DNA of 20,000 bases from Hydrurus foetidus (taxonomy: Eukaryota), in the NCBI GenBank assembly GCA_900617105.1, contig UYFQ01000594.1:52525-72524 (forward strand). Direction: 5' to 3'. Position numbers and translations under genes: made by a program. The notes under the pieces were generated by a model. That model did not search any database. It was not told the DNA's origin and saw only the letters and a program-made list of their open reading frames with translations. The first letter of the stretch is position 1, and every line of letters begins with the position of its first letter. Positions 8,391 through 19,500 of the stretch are shown piece after piece.

Positions 8391-10058
8391 TTGCTGCATA
8401 AATCCATACCAACACATTAAATCAGCGCAGCAATCAATTTCATGGTAGCTTTCGCTGGCAGCCTAGATGGGAGTTACCCGCGCTGCACAACAGATTGAAC
8501 GCGAATTTTGCAGTCACAAGAAGATTTTCCGTTTTAACTGTGGACGATCGCGATCGACTGTGACGATGAAGTTACAAAATTCTAAATTAATGAATTCTCC
8601 TGTATTGCGGAAAAGGATTTTTTTCTACGTGTTACTAATGCTACCCTTTAAGCGCTAGGCGAAGATTTGGAGAAATTACCGTGGCCGATGAAAGTCATTT
8701 ATGTGCAAGAAATGTGCTGGATCTTGCTATATCCGTGCGTGTGGATGTAATACAAGGGCCATAGTTTTGCTAACCATTTCTAATTTTTTTAGAAACCAAA
8801 CTGATTTCAAAAATAGAAATAGATAAATATTTACAAAAAAACGCATTTTAAGCACCTCCTGAACTGTTTTGACCTAATCTCATTATCAGTGATGCGCGAC
8901 ATTATTCCATATTCTATCTTCTACAGATTTGCAGAAAATTGTATTTTCCGATTTATTACACTGCACATTAAAATAGCAATAGTCACGTTTTTGATCCGTT
9001 GGAAATCAATAATTTCTAAACTGTATCATTTTACACAAAAATATGCAGATCACATAAAAATGCACTATTGGCTATTGAATCTACAAAACAACTTCTCATT
9101 TTGATGCATGTCAGCAGTTCGACGGAATGAAGTGTAATCATTTGTCAATTTACACTGAATTCACATACATAGCCATGTTGCCTATTTTAAGTTCTAACCT
9201 GGTAACTATAACTATTATTTGTCTTCTAAGAAATTTAGGAGAACAAGTTTTTTCTTTCGGAAATCTATTCAAATGTACTAGATTTACTGAAGTTAAAAAT
9301 AAGTTCAATAACATCCGTTCATTTTATTTGGTCCGAGGATCTCTGACAAGAAAACTGCTTCAACAATTTTCTCTGAAAAGACGCGATCATAGGACTCCGT
9401 ACATCTTAATGAAATTGTTTGACTGCATTGGGGCGCTCTGGAATTCAATGATCGAATCATTAAACCAAAATTGTCCAGCAAGTGCAATTTAAATATAACA
9501 TCGAGAAACAGTGTAACATGGTAGATGTGGCTCATGTGTGCCAAACAACATTGTCATATTGCGTCTCTGAGACAAATAGTCACGTAAAGCAATTTCGGCG
9601 CTTGAGATTCTTCGCTGATAGTAATCGCCAGAATTGTTTGTTTCAAATTAATGAAGCCGAAATAGATGTTCTCTTTTGATCTCGTGAACACTCGCTCACC
9701 TGCTTTCATTACTCAATTATCTATCGAAAGTGTTACCCAGCACTTGACCACTTCAGAGTTCGATCACGAAGTCAAATTTCTGTGTAGTATGATTGCGTTG
9801 TCTCTGTAATTATCAATGCAGGACTCTTCTCACTAACACATCGACTCGTCAAATTCGATGCCATATAGGTGGGGGAAAAAAACTTCAAGTTGAAAAACAT
9901 TGAGATGAAGAAGACATTACGAAACATTCACAGCACTCCTCGGAGACCCAACACAAGCATATGAGTATGTTGACGTCAAACAGTCATCAGCTTATGACAA
10001 CATTAAGATTTAATCTGAAGGACATTCTAGTTGATTAATTTCCTTGTCAGGAGACTCC

Positions 10059-10810
10059 TTACTGCTGCTTCGCGGCTTTCTCAGCTAAGTAGACAGCGTG
10101 CTCTTCCTTGGTTCTGATGTGACCTCCTCTGCCCTCAAGCATGCTCAAGTAGCCGGATCTTCTTACAGTGTCAGGATCCGCGGCTGCCCATGCCGAGGGT
10201 ACGTACCATGCGACGAACCATCCGAGGCAACTGCATTAGATTAGAAGGGCACGGAGGGGATCACTCAAAGGAACTTTTTTGGAGATGAAATTTTTGCAGA
10301 TGAAAGAAGGTGCTAATAATACTCCGGTATAAATAAAGCAAAGTCAACAGCTTATCCGTTGATGCAAAGCAAATTGAGAGGCAGCACAGAAAGGGAATGT
10401 GGGTGACACAGATGACTCTAGTAGCGTTGAAAACGCGCAACTTACACGAAACCCAGGAAGAAGCCGTAATTGACAGTCTTACGCATCTCGTGATTAATGA
10501 GTCTACCCCAACCAAAGTTCTGCCATACATTGGGATTCTTAACGAAAGGAGCATGATATATCTTGTTAGTGCCGCAAACTAAGAGCATCTCGTATTTTGT
10601 TAGCTCAGGTTGGGTCATGACTTGCTCGATTGTGACAGGATCGGTTAGGGCGGCCTTCAAAGTTGTCTCGCATGTCGCGGCGGCAATACGTCTCAATTTC
10701 AAGATATTTTTGACGATGCCAATCTTGGGGTGGTTTAAGTTCACGTTATCTGGGAGGGTTGCGATGCATCTTCGTGCGACACTTCCGAATTTCGCGGACC
10801 TGAGCATCAT
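10059..10810 (-). CDS. Putative mitochondrion-targeted single-pass membrane protein, 2 exons (10810-10446, 10230-10059), ~178 aa
   Basis: The N-terminus MMLRSAKFGSVARRCIATL is Arg/Ser-rich and acid-free, with a possible R-2/R-3 cleavage site. Removing the GTAAGT...CTAATCTAATGCAG intron (10231-10445) gives a continuous hydrophobic segment YGFFLGFVCLGWFVAWYVP and the tail ...HIRTKEEHAVYLAEKAAKQQ*. Confidence 0.8.
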
Positions 10811-11086
10811 TTTATTCAATCTGTAGGTCAAGTGAAATTGCGCTAGAGCGCTGGTAGAATCAGCCACAACGTGAACTCTTGTGCATCTCCCCATCTCCCA
10901 TACGTACAGTAGTACCGCGTGGCGTGCCAATTGAGTGTTTGCGCATTGGAAATTACAGAGATTCTGACCCCCTTTTCCCGGTCCGACCCCCACAATCTCG
11001 AAATTTACGAGAATCTCGCAAATCCCCTGCAGAGATTGAGGGCCATTCTACACGGCGACGAATTTTGGTGAATTTTGGTAAATTTT

Positions 11087-14000
11087 TAGGGATGGTGGCT
11101 AGCCTCTTTTTCCGCTATCAGCCGGGCTAGCCGGTAAAAAATGAAAATTCAGCCCATTTAGGTAGCCCAGACCGAGGTGCTAGCCTAGCCGCTAGCCCAA
11201 CATTTAAACGAATAACCATAGCCCAACAGGAAATAGCTCCAAAACAGTGAAATTTTGCATAAAATTTTCTTAAAAACGAAAAGGTCAAAAAGTCGGTTCT
11301 AAACTGAACATAGTGCCACTTACTCGTGCGTAGCCCTATGGATTGCCCTGTCGTAAGGCTGTTTTGTACTGAACGAATCAACCGAAGATGATCTAATAGC
11401 TATTTGCAAGACAAGGGAATCGTGGAACTACCTACCTCGCATCCATTTTACTTTTTATTTCCTCGTATGTATCCCAATTATCACGGACACATATCAAACA
11501 GGATGCATTCTCACTGTCCAGTCTTGAACGTAATTTTGAAATAGTGAGACCTGCCACTGAGAAGACTCTCTCTGAGGGAGCTGATGTGGCAGGGATGCAA
11601 AGATGCTTGCGTGCTATTTTACCCAATGTAGGGAATCTAAGTAAGTGATGCTTCCACCACTTTAGAGGATCGGTGAAATCACCTCTCTTGCCATCCTCTT
11701 GCATCTCCCTCATGTTGATTCTCTGCATTTCTCTATATTCGCGTAACTCCTCCTTGACTTTCCTCTGAATTTCATTCATGTTGATGGGGGTAGGACCGAC
11801 AGGGGCAACGTACGCGTCTTCTTCTGCCCACGCATCATGTTCGTCTTCAATGAGCTGCATCGGCTCGGCAGGACGGAACTCAAAGAGAGTGATCTCAAAT
11901 GCAGCCTTAAAATCTATGACCCACAGGTCGATCATCAGATTCTCTATGGTCTCCCAGACTTGATCACGGTCCTTGTCAGTCGATGGTATACCTAAAAATT
12001 TATGCCTTATTTAATCAGTGGAAGAGTGAACTAAACCTTGGTCAGATACCTTTGTTGTAGTATCAAGTACCTGCAAGATTCTTCGTGCGCGGATCTAGTG
12101 CTGCCGCTACCATCGTCTTCAGTTGGAAGCCTTTAAGTCTTCTGGATGGTCCACCAATGGTATGGTCGGAGAAAACTGTACCAGCAGCTCCTGTGCCGAA
12201 CTCGTCGTTGAACTTCGCCGTTATTACATTCACTATTCTCATCGCTGCGTTGTTAGTACTTTCATTCTCTTCAACTTTGAGGAGGCCTTGTCTTATCTCG
12301 TTTATTAGACCTGGGATGAGACTAATAGTGACATATTTCTCTCCTTCCATTTTCTGTTGAATGAATCTGAAGGGTGCTAGGATTGCACACACATCCTCGA
12401 CAATTATCCACTGCTCAGATGTGAGGTTCATAGCTGGGTATAGCAAGCCCTCCCTCACCATACAATCAAAGTACGGTCTGAGATGAATTAGTCTCTCTAG
12501 CATTGCGTACGTGGACCACCACCTTGTAACGACGTCTTGAATAACGTCCAAAGGTTTTGGACCTTGTTTTAGACGGAGTGTCTCGGCTGATTGACAGGAC
12601 ATGGCAAAAAAACCTGCTAGCTCTCTGCATATCTTCATGGTGCCAAGAGATTCCTCGTTATCGGGAAAAGCCAGTTTTGGGCACAAATCTATCAATGAAA
12701 TAAGGTTGCTTTCAATATATAGTATCTTTTTTAATATTTGGTGCAATAGAAATGAAGATTTACGGAAAAATTCTTACTGAGACAATGATCTAGATAGCTG
12801 TGATGTGATGTGCTGGGAGACGTAATCAAACGCCAGAACGCATTCATATCTTTTGCAGAGTCCGTAACAACAGCGGTAACATGGTCGAGTGGAATATCAT
12901 AATCTTTGCATATTCCCTCATACGCCTGAGTAAAAGTGAGAAGTAAATTAGTTTCGAAACTAGAAGGTGATGATGCTTAAGAAGGCTAACCTCCCGAGTA
13001 TTGACGCCGGCTGAACCTCCCTTGTGTATGGAACACGCGAGTGTAAACGAGGTGACCTTCCATTCTTCCGTAATAAAGTGTGCCGTCTGGGCAATATAGT
13101 TGATGTTGGCATTACTGGTCCAGTGGTCCAAGGTGATCGATACGTATTGTTCCTTCAATGCTTTTCTGAAGACACACTTAATACTTTGCTCGATCTGGAG
13201 TAACCGTTTCATCACCTTCACCTTAGTCATAAGAGGACAGTCAGGGGCCAGGGATTGGCACATCGCTCTAAATCGAGAATCCTCGATAGTATTGAGAGGC
13301 TGAAAAGTATGTACAGCCCATTTCAGGTACTTCTCTTCAAACATAGGCTACTTAACGAAGTAAGTTGCAATTGATTTTGTAACCCCGACTTCTGCCTCCA
13401 CAAACTCTCTTCGACGATCAACTAAAATAGAGTTGTGACACTGTTTCAGATGCCTCTCCAAATGTCCAGGACTGTGAGCTGTAGTGTAAGAAATGTACCA
13501 CTTGATGGAGCCGTCTAAGAGCGCTCTAGCATAGCAAATATTGGTATCAGCCCAGGCAGACATAGCTTGTGTTCCGACTTTCACAACGATTTTCTTAAAA
13601 TGCTCCCATACCCATGATCGACTGACAGAACTACCACAGGCATCTCAACCAGCGGAAATCTCAGTGGAAGAACAACAATATCATCGGTAGAATACTTTAA
13701 AGTCTTTTGATTGTCTTGCTCTAGAAGCTCCTCGACTGCAAGCTTTTTGTTCCTCTCAAAAGCTGCTCGGCTTTGGACAATTGGCAGGACAATCGGCACA
13801 TTTGCAACTGATGAGGCGACTGATGAGGCGACTGATGATGCGACTATTGAGGAATTCATGCTGAAATTTGCGGATGCAGTCGCTGTTTGACTAGTCGTCG
13901 CCAGTGACGACGATGTTGGCCCTCCACAAGCGTGAAAATTGATGCAGTGACGACAGAAATCATGTTTGCAATTGCTGCAAGTGTCGTGGATATCAGTGGC

Positions 14001-14697
14001 ACAACTCTGAGTGGCACAGATCAATCCGTCGGGTAGGCGCTCAGACATGATGTTTGGTGCTTTGCTCTTTTTGCAGTGAAATCTCTTAATTTGCTATGCG
14101 TGATGTGCAAGTGAATTGTGAATTGTCAATCTTGATCTCGATCTCGATTGAGATTCAGATCGCCATCGATGATCGGGATCGTGGATTCGATTCCAACAAT
14201 CAGGAATTTTTCATTAATTACGGTACAAGATCTAGTATTAGGTCCACGGTCCACTTCGCCTAATAGAGACATGACAAGCTCTAAACGACGGAGACAAAAA
14301 TAAAAATTTCTGTCTCACCAAAGTAGCCAATTTTATTCTGCAATTTAGCCCACAGGCACTGACGCCAAGTTATCCGTATCCAAACATGTTTTGGAAGATA
14401 TTTTTGGACCTAGACCTCGACTCAGTTGAGGACAACCGCTCTGCAGCTACTTTTATAAGTCCTCGATATTCAGTAGTTGTTGTCAATAACAATTGTAGAT
14501 TAAAAAGCTAATCAAGCTATCACCATTACCTATATAAAAGGGCTACACGATAGAAGAAAGTTAGCTAGCTGGGCTAAAAATAAATCTCAGCCAGCCGGGC
14601 TAATTGGGCTACCAAAATTTGAGAATTTCAGCCTAGCCCTAGCCCACTAGCCGGGCTACGGCTAGGCTAGTGGGCTAGAAGCTAGCCACCATCCCTA
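11087..14697 (-). mobile_element. Full-length hAT DNA transposon #2 (3611 bp) with 17-bp TIRs and 8-bp TSD
   Basis: TIR TAGGGATGGTGGCTAGC at 11087-11103 and its reverse complement at 14681-14697 (21 bp with one mismatch). The identical 8-bp flank TAAATTTT occurs at 11079-11086 and 14698-14705. Both ends carry dense GGCTA/TAGCC subterminal motifs, and there is an internal hAT transposase. Confidence 0.97.
11432..14048 (-). pseudogene. ZBED/Ac-like hAT transposase, 3 introns, inactivated
   Basis: It contains a BED-finger remnant (SWVWEHFKK...HLERHLKQCH), VSITLDHWTS (first D), AVVTDSAKDM (second D), DVVTRWWSTYAMLERL and AAALDPR. The dimerisation region is DPLKWWK...FPTLGKIARKHLCIPATSAPSERVFS (catalytic E). 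Frame-restoring GT-AG introns lie at 12926-12990, 12689-12777 and 11992-12070. Lesions: a frameshift near 13670-13630, an in-frame TAG at 13348-13350, the CxxH motif reading YLDH, and a missing first BED Cys. Confidence 0.92.
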
Positions 14698-14960
14698 TAA
14701 ATTTTGGTAAAATCAGTCTTGCATTGGTTCTAGACGGGAAACGCTGTTTTTAGAGTGGTTGCGATTTTCATTATTTGACCTTTTCGGTTTTCGAATATTT
14801 GACTTTCCGTTTCTGTTGAAAAAGTGGTTGCGAAATTCCGTATCCGACTTCCGATCCGACTGTTCAAGATTTTTTTGTACGTTCTTGATCTTAAATCGTG
14901 CAGAGGAATTAGATGCACAATGTCTAATTATCAGATGCCATCTTCCATTTCTAGTCTTAG

Positions 14961-15686
14961 ATGGATTGCCAGATTACTATCACAATCTCATCTCGTCACC
15001 GATAGCTATCCATGGGAGACTCTGTTGACTTTGAAACTTGGTTGGAGTACGACGGTGACTACTTCTGACTGCGCCGTGAAGTTTCTGGTACTGCCATTCA
15101 CTGTGAAGATCGCAAATCGACGCAACCGTGACATCAGTGGTAAAATTTAGAATGATCATCTTTTGATTCGAATCCTTTCGTCAAATGCATCGCTAATGAA
15201 GCCACAATGTCAGCGATTCTTATTCTAGGGCTCCAAGTTTCTGAACAATCAGTTGTCAGGGTTTGCTTGTCAGATCTGATTGAACTAATTGTGAGCATCA
15301 CGGTGAGTGGGTTCCTGACAACATTTTGTCTCGCACCCGATGACTCAATTATGAATGGCATGATCGTCTCTTGTCAACAGCTTCCTACTTGTGTGCTCAA
15401 TTCCTATGAAACTGTAAATTCAGGATCACTCGTATCAGCAGGACTGCACCACCATAAGGAGTTCGGTCTCTGAAGTCATCGTTACAGCTCTACGGGCTTA
15501 CATCACGGTGCGTTCATCATTCCATGATTACCTGAATTCAAAATCTTGCTCAATAAACCCAATTATTAAAATCAACCAACTAATGAGTACCGAAACGCTG
15601 GCAAAATTTTAAACTCAGGGTATAAGGATTGCTGTTTCAGAATAGGAGCATCTGAAAGCGATTCAACTCTACGGACTTACATTACG
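14961..15686 (+). pseudogene. Possible decayed gene with tandemly repeated exon-intron units
   Basis: Frame 14961-15302 is protein-like with five stops and ends ATCACG|GTGAGT. Segment 15424-15507 is bounded by CAG| and |GTGCGT and is open (DHSYQQDCTTIRSSVSEVIVTALRAYIT). A similar unit ends ATTACG|GTGCGT at 15686 (YKDCCFRIGASESDSTLRTYIT). Confidence 0.45.
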
Positions 15687-15727
15687 GTGCGTTCATCCTT
15701 CAATGATTTCTTAACTTCAACTTCAAA

Positions 15728-16202
15728 TGTTACATCTTGTTCGTCAGAACTAATTTCACATTTGCATGACCATATCATGTGAGTGCTGTACTGTATCACA
15801 CTGTATCATGTGAGTGCTGTACTGTATCATGTGAGTGCTGTACTGTATCACACTGTATCATGTGAGTGCTGTACTGTATCACACTGTATCATGTGAGTGC
15901 TGTACTGTATCACACTGTATCATGTGAGTGCTGTACTGTATCACACTGTATCATGTGAGTGCTGTACTGTATCACACTGTATCATGTGAGTGCTAGTGTA
16001 GTCCGGATAGAAGGTAGGTCGATAGAGAGGAGGCGGTAGTTAGTTACAAGGCTAAGCTAGAAGCTAGGATAACTTCTACGAGTAGGCTAGAGCTAGCTAG
16101 CAGCTGCGCTAGAGATGTATGTGTACAGTAGGCGGTAGGATCGGATGGATCGGGACTAGGTCCGGTACGGCCCGTAGGCCCGGTATAGCCGGTCCGACCA
16201 CA
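15728..16202 (-). repeat. Putative 3' LTR (~475 bp)
   Basis: On the minus strand it begins TGTGGTCGG right after the PPT (...GGGGGTGA|TG) and ends ...GATGTAACA at 15728, giving TGT...ACA termini. The distal boundary is inferred because the 5' LTR is not available for comparison. Confidence 0.65.
15773..15994. repeat. 31-bp minisatellite inside the LTR
   Basis: The unit TGTGAGTGCTGTACTGTATCACACTGTATCA has six exact copies (15778, 15830, 15861, 15892, 15923, 15954). There is also one 21-bp deletion variant (15809) and a 10-bp partial copy (15985). Confidence 0.97.
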
Positions 16203-16205
16203 TCA

Positions 16206-16225
16206 CCCCCACTTATCTTTTTTCT
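16206..16225 (-). other. Polypurine tract of the LTR retrotransposon
   Basis: Minus strand AGAAAAAAGATAAGTGGGGG, three nt before the TGT start of the LTR and ~280 nt downstream of the pol stop. Confidence 0.8.
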
Positions 16226-16505
16226 GAAGAAAAAGAACCTATGACGCGACCACCACGTTTTGTACAAAAATCTAATACAACTAAAACTAACTAAAGGAAT
16301 AATAAAGAAAAAGATTACAAATATGTAAATCTAATAATACATTGAAATGTATAAAAATAAAAATCTATACAAATAGACTGGGTGGTGGGTCGGTCAAGGC
16401 GATAAGGTGGGTGCCTAGTACCATGTACTTGCGCACGAGACCTCGATACGTAATTATGTCAGATTTTTACTGACTAAAACCATAAAAACCTCATAGAGGG
16501 AAAAA

Positions 16506-19500
16506 TTAGGAAAAATCTTCAAAAGATAATACGTTCGAGATCAGCAACTTAGGCTGATGTCTCAATGTTTTGGGAATGAAATGTTTCATTTTATTATCCC
16601 GTAAATAATCATGGAGTGCTTCACAGAGCCGTAGTGATTTCCACGGCTCCCATGTATTATGAGAGTCATCGTAGTTGAGCCATTTAACATGGAACGACAT
16701 TGTAGTCGGTTTCTTGGTGTCACCAGCGTGACCCAGAACTTTCTCAACCACGAACTCCATGTAATCGCGACGAGCAGTGTCAGCAGGTATATCTACCTCT
16801 GGGTCATAATTGAATATTTTCAAATTCTTGACGTGAACACTTCGTGTCTTGTGGTTAACAAGATTAGCGATAACATACTCGGACCCCTTAAAGGAGACAA
16901 TACAGTAAGGGCCATGCCACTTAGTATGTAATCGAGTTGGAGGTCGATCAGTGTATCGGCATAAGACATATGACCCCACGGGGAACACAGTCGCTGATTC
17001 AGCTGACGCGGCATTTTTAGCATCCGCTTTTAACAAAGTTTGAACCGCAGTTTCAAGTACTTTGTCTTGTACACTTATCAAATCTGATATGTACGTTGAT
17101 CTTGAATGTGTTCCAACACTTAAGTGTGGAGTGAGAATACCACGATTCAAATCAAGTTTGTTCCCGAACAGTAAATGAGCGGGGCAGACACCTGTGCGTC
17201 TATTAACTGAACCGTTAATGATACGTTGCACGAATGGGATTGACTTAGCATATCCCTCAAGGGTTTGTTTATCAAAAACTAAACCTCTTAAGTGTCTATT
17301 CACCTCTTTGTTGACTCTTTCAACAATTGCATTCTCTTGTTTCGAGTAAGCAAGGGTGAGATTATGTGGTGTCCCACAAAGATCTAAGAATTCTTTGATC
17401 AATTCATTTGCGAAATGTGATCCTCGATCAGATCTAATCATATTTGGTGAACCAAATCGACCAAAATGCGCAAGCAAACAGTCAGCTGCTGATTTAGCAT
17501 CTGCGTTTGCACACCAGAACAATTCTGTCCATCGTGTGAATGTATCGATGATGACTAGGATATAACCTTTGTCAGGAAATGGACCAATATAGTCAACATT
17601 TAGCGTATCGAAGATAGCATAATTTGAAGTTGCAAAGTGAGACGCATTGATCTTAGGATCTTTTGCGCTCAACTTTTGACAACACGGACAGTTCTGTATG
17701 AACGTACGTACATGTTGTTTCATGTGTTTCCATACTTGTTGTAAACTAAACAACCGAGTAAGGGTACGGTCTACGCCGTTGTGACCGACAATTGCATTGT
17801 GGCACATTTGAATGTATTCTAACTGATCGTCTGAAGCTGGTTCTATGACCGTCAGAGCTGATACAGTGAAAGAAGATGATGAAGTAGGAAGTAATTCCAA
17901 TTCTTCTGTTCGTAATGGCAGAGCAATTTCTGTCAGATTAGGACAAAGCCTTGACAGTGCGTCTGCCAAAACATTCGAAGTACCGGGTACGAATACCACG
18001 GTAAAATCTAGTTCTTGCATAGCAATGAACCATCTCGCCACCATTGAGGTAGGATTTTGTTTCATATATGTAATGTTCAAATGATCCGTATGGATAGTGA
18101 ACGTACGATCTCTGATTAGATAATCGAGTTGTGTACAACAAAAGAAGATGGCATAAGCCTCTTTTTGTATCGTAGACCACCTTATTTGTGTGGGTGTCAA
18201 CGATTTGCTAATGAAAGCAATTGGTTGCCAAATGGCACCAACAACTTGGAATAAGACTCCACCGATACCAAAGTCGGATGCGTCTGTATACAAGCGGATG
18301 TCTAACTTATTGTCATCAATGAAGTACATTAATGGACAACGAGATATAGCAATCTTTGTGTCAACAAATGAGTTGGTGCTCTTTTGAGTCCAAACTACAG
18401 CAGAACGTCTCGGAGCAGAGTGATCAATCATATCCTGCATTGGCTTAACCAAAGTGGAATGCATTGGTACAAACTGTCGAAAATAGTTCGCTAAACCCAA
18501 AAATGACCTGAGTAAGGTTAAATTTTTAGGTATAGAAAAGTTTAAAACTGTTTCTATCTTCTCTTTTGACATGGATAAACCATCTTTGTCAACGACTCTG
18601 CCAACGTATTCAATACGTGGAAGGCCGAAACGGCATTTTTAGCTTTGAGTCTTAGACCCTTAAGTCTAAATCTTGCAAAACTTTTTTCAAGTTAGTAAGA
18701 AACTCTGCTTCACCCTTGCCATATACTATACAATCGTCGAGATACATCTCGCAACAATGATAGATAAGGCCATAGAGGACCGCCGTTACCATCTGCTCTT
18801 GAAAGTAAGAGGGGGCTCGACACGGACCAAAGGGCAGTCTCGTAAACTGAAATACCCCCGCAAAGCATATGAATGCCGTAAAAATGCGGTGTGCGGGGTG
18901 TAACGGTGCTTGATGGTAACCAGCGGTTAAATCCATCACACCAAAAATATCCGGTTTTTATTACCGATCCTCTCAAAGAGGTGTTTGATATTTGGTAACG
19001 GGAATGAGGCCGGCTTAAGACACCTATTAAGTGGCCGGTAATCGATGCAGGTTCGAAATTTACCGGGTGACTTAGTTACTATTACAGGATGACTGTAATA
19101 AGCGGCATCTGATCGCTCTATAACCCCTGATGCAAGCATCTCGTCAAGGTTTTCTTTGAGAGCAACCTCTTTTGTTGATGACTGGGGACGTACCGGCGTA
19201 CGGTTTTCGTCTTTTTCCCACAACTCAAGTGGGATGTTAATCTCAAAGGGTTTAAGTGACGCTGGTTTCTCAGCTAATTGATCACTGAAGATGTCTGAAT
19301 ATTCAGAACAGAGCTCTCGGAGCTTCCTTTGAAAGCTTTCATCTCCTTCAAAGGTAATCTCTTTGAGGAAATCCTCTGGCCCTTTGGGCAAGTCATCTTG
19401 ACTAGGTTTCTCCGCCAAGAAGGGGGCAAACGTATCTATCTTGCCATCGTCAATCTCGTCAACTGAGAGTGCGACACCACTGGGCCATAAAGGCTCAGTG

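Noticed and set aside
8467..9679. Short ORFs in the intergenic region between Myb and the membrane-protein gene
   Set aside because: AT-rich, biased composition, no motifs and no consistent splice structure.
10231..10445. Long intron as host of a snoRNA or TPP riboswitch
   Set aside because: No box C/D pair, convincing H/ACA layout or TPP aptamer motif was seen; only a 7-bp stem with a wobble.
10811..10993. N-terminal extension of the 183-aa ORF (10442-10993)
   Set aside because: It starts at a non-ATG codon; the ATG at 10810 gives a clean presequence-like N-terminus.
13348..13350. Stop-codon reassignment or readthrough explaining in-frame stops
   Set aside because: TGA, TAA and TAG each end a coding region here (Myb, membrane protein and pol, hAT transposase), and the internal stops co-occur with frameshifts, indicating decay.
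15773..15994. 31-bp repeat array as a CRISPR array
   Set aside because: The units are directly adjacent with no unique spacers, there are no cas genes, and it lies inside a eukaryotic LTR.
16050..16115. GCTAG-rich LTR segment as related to hAT #2 subterminal repeats
   Set aside because: Only a 5-mer is shared; there is no extended alignment, TIR or TSD.
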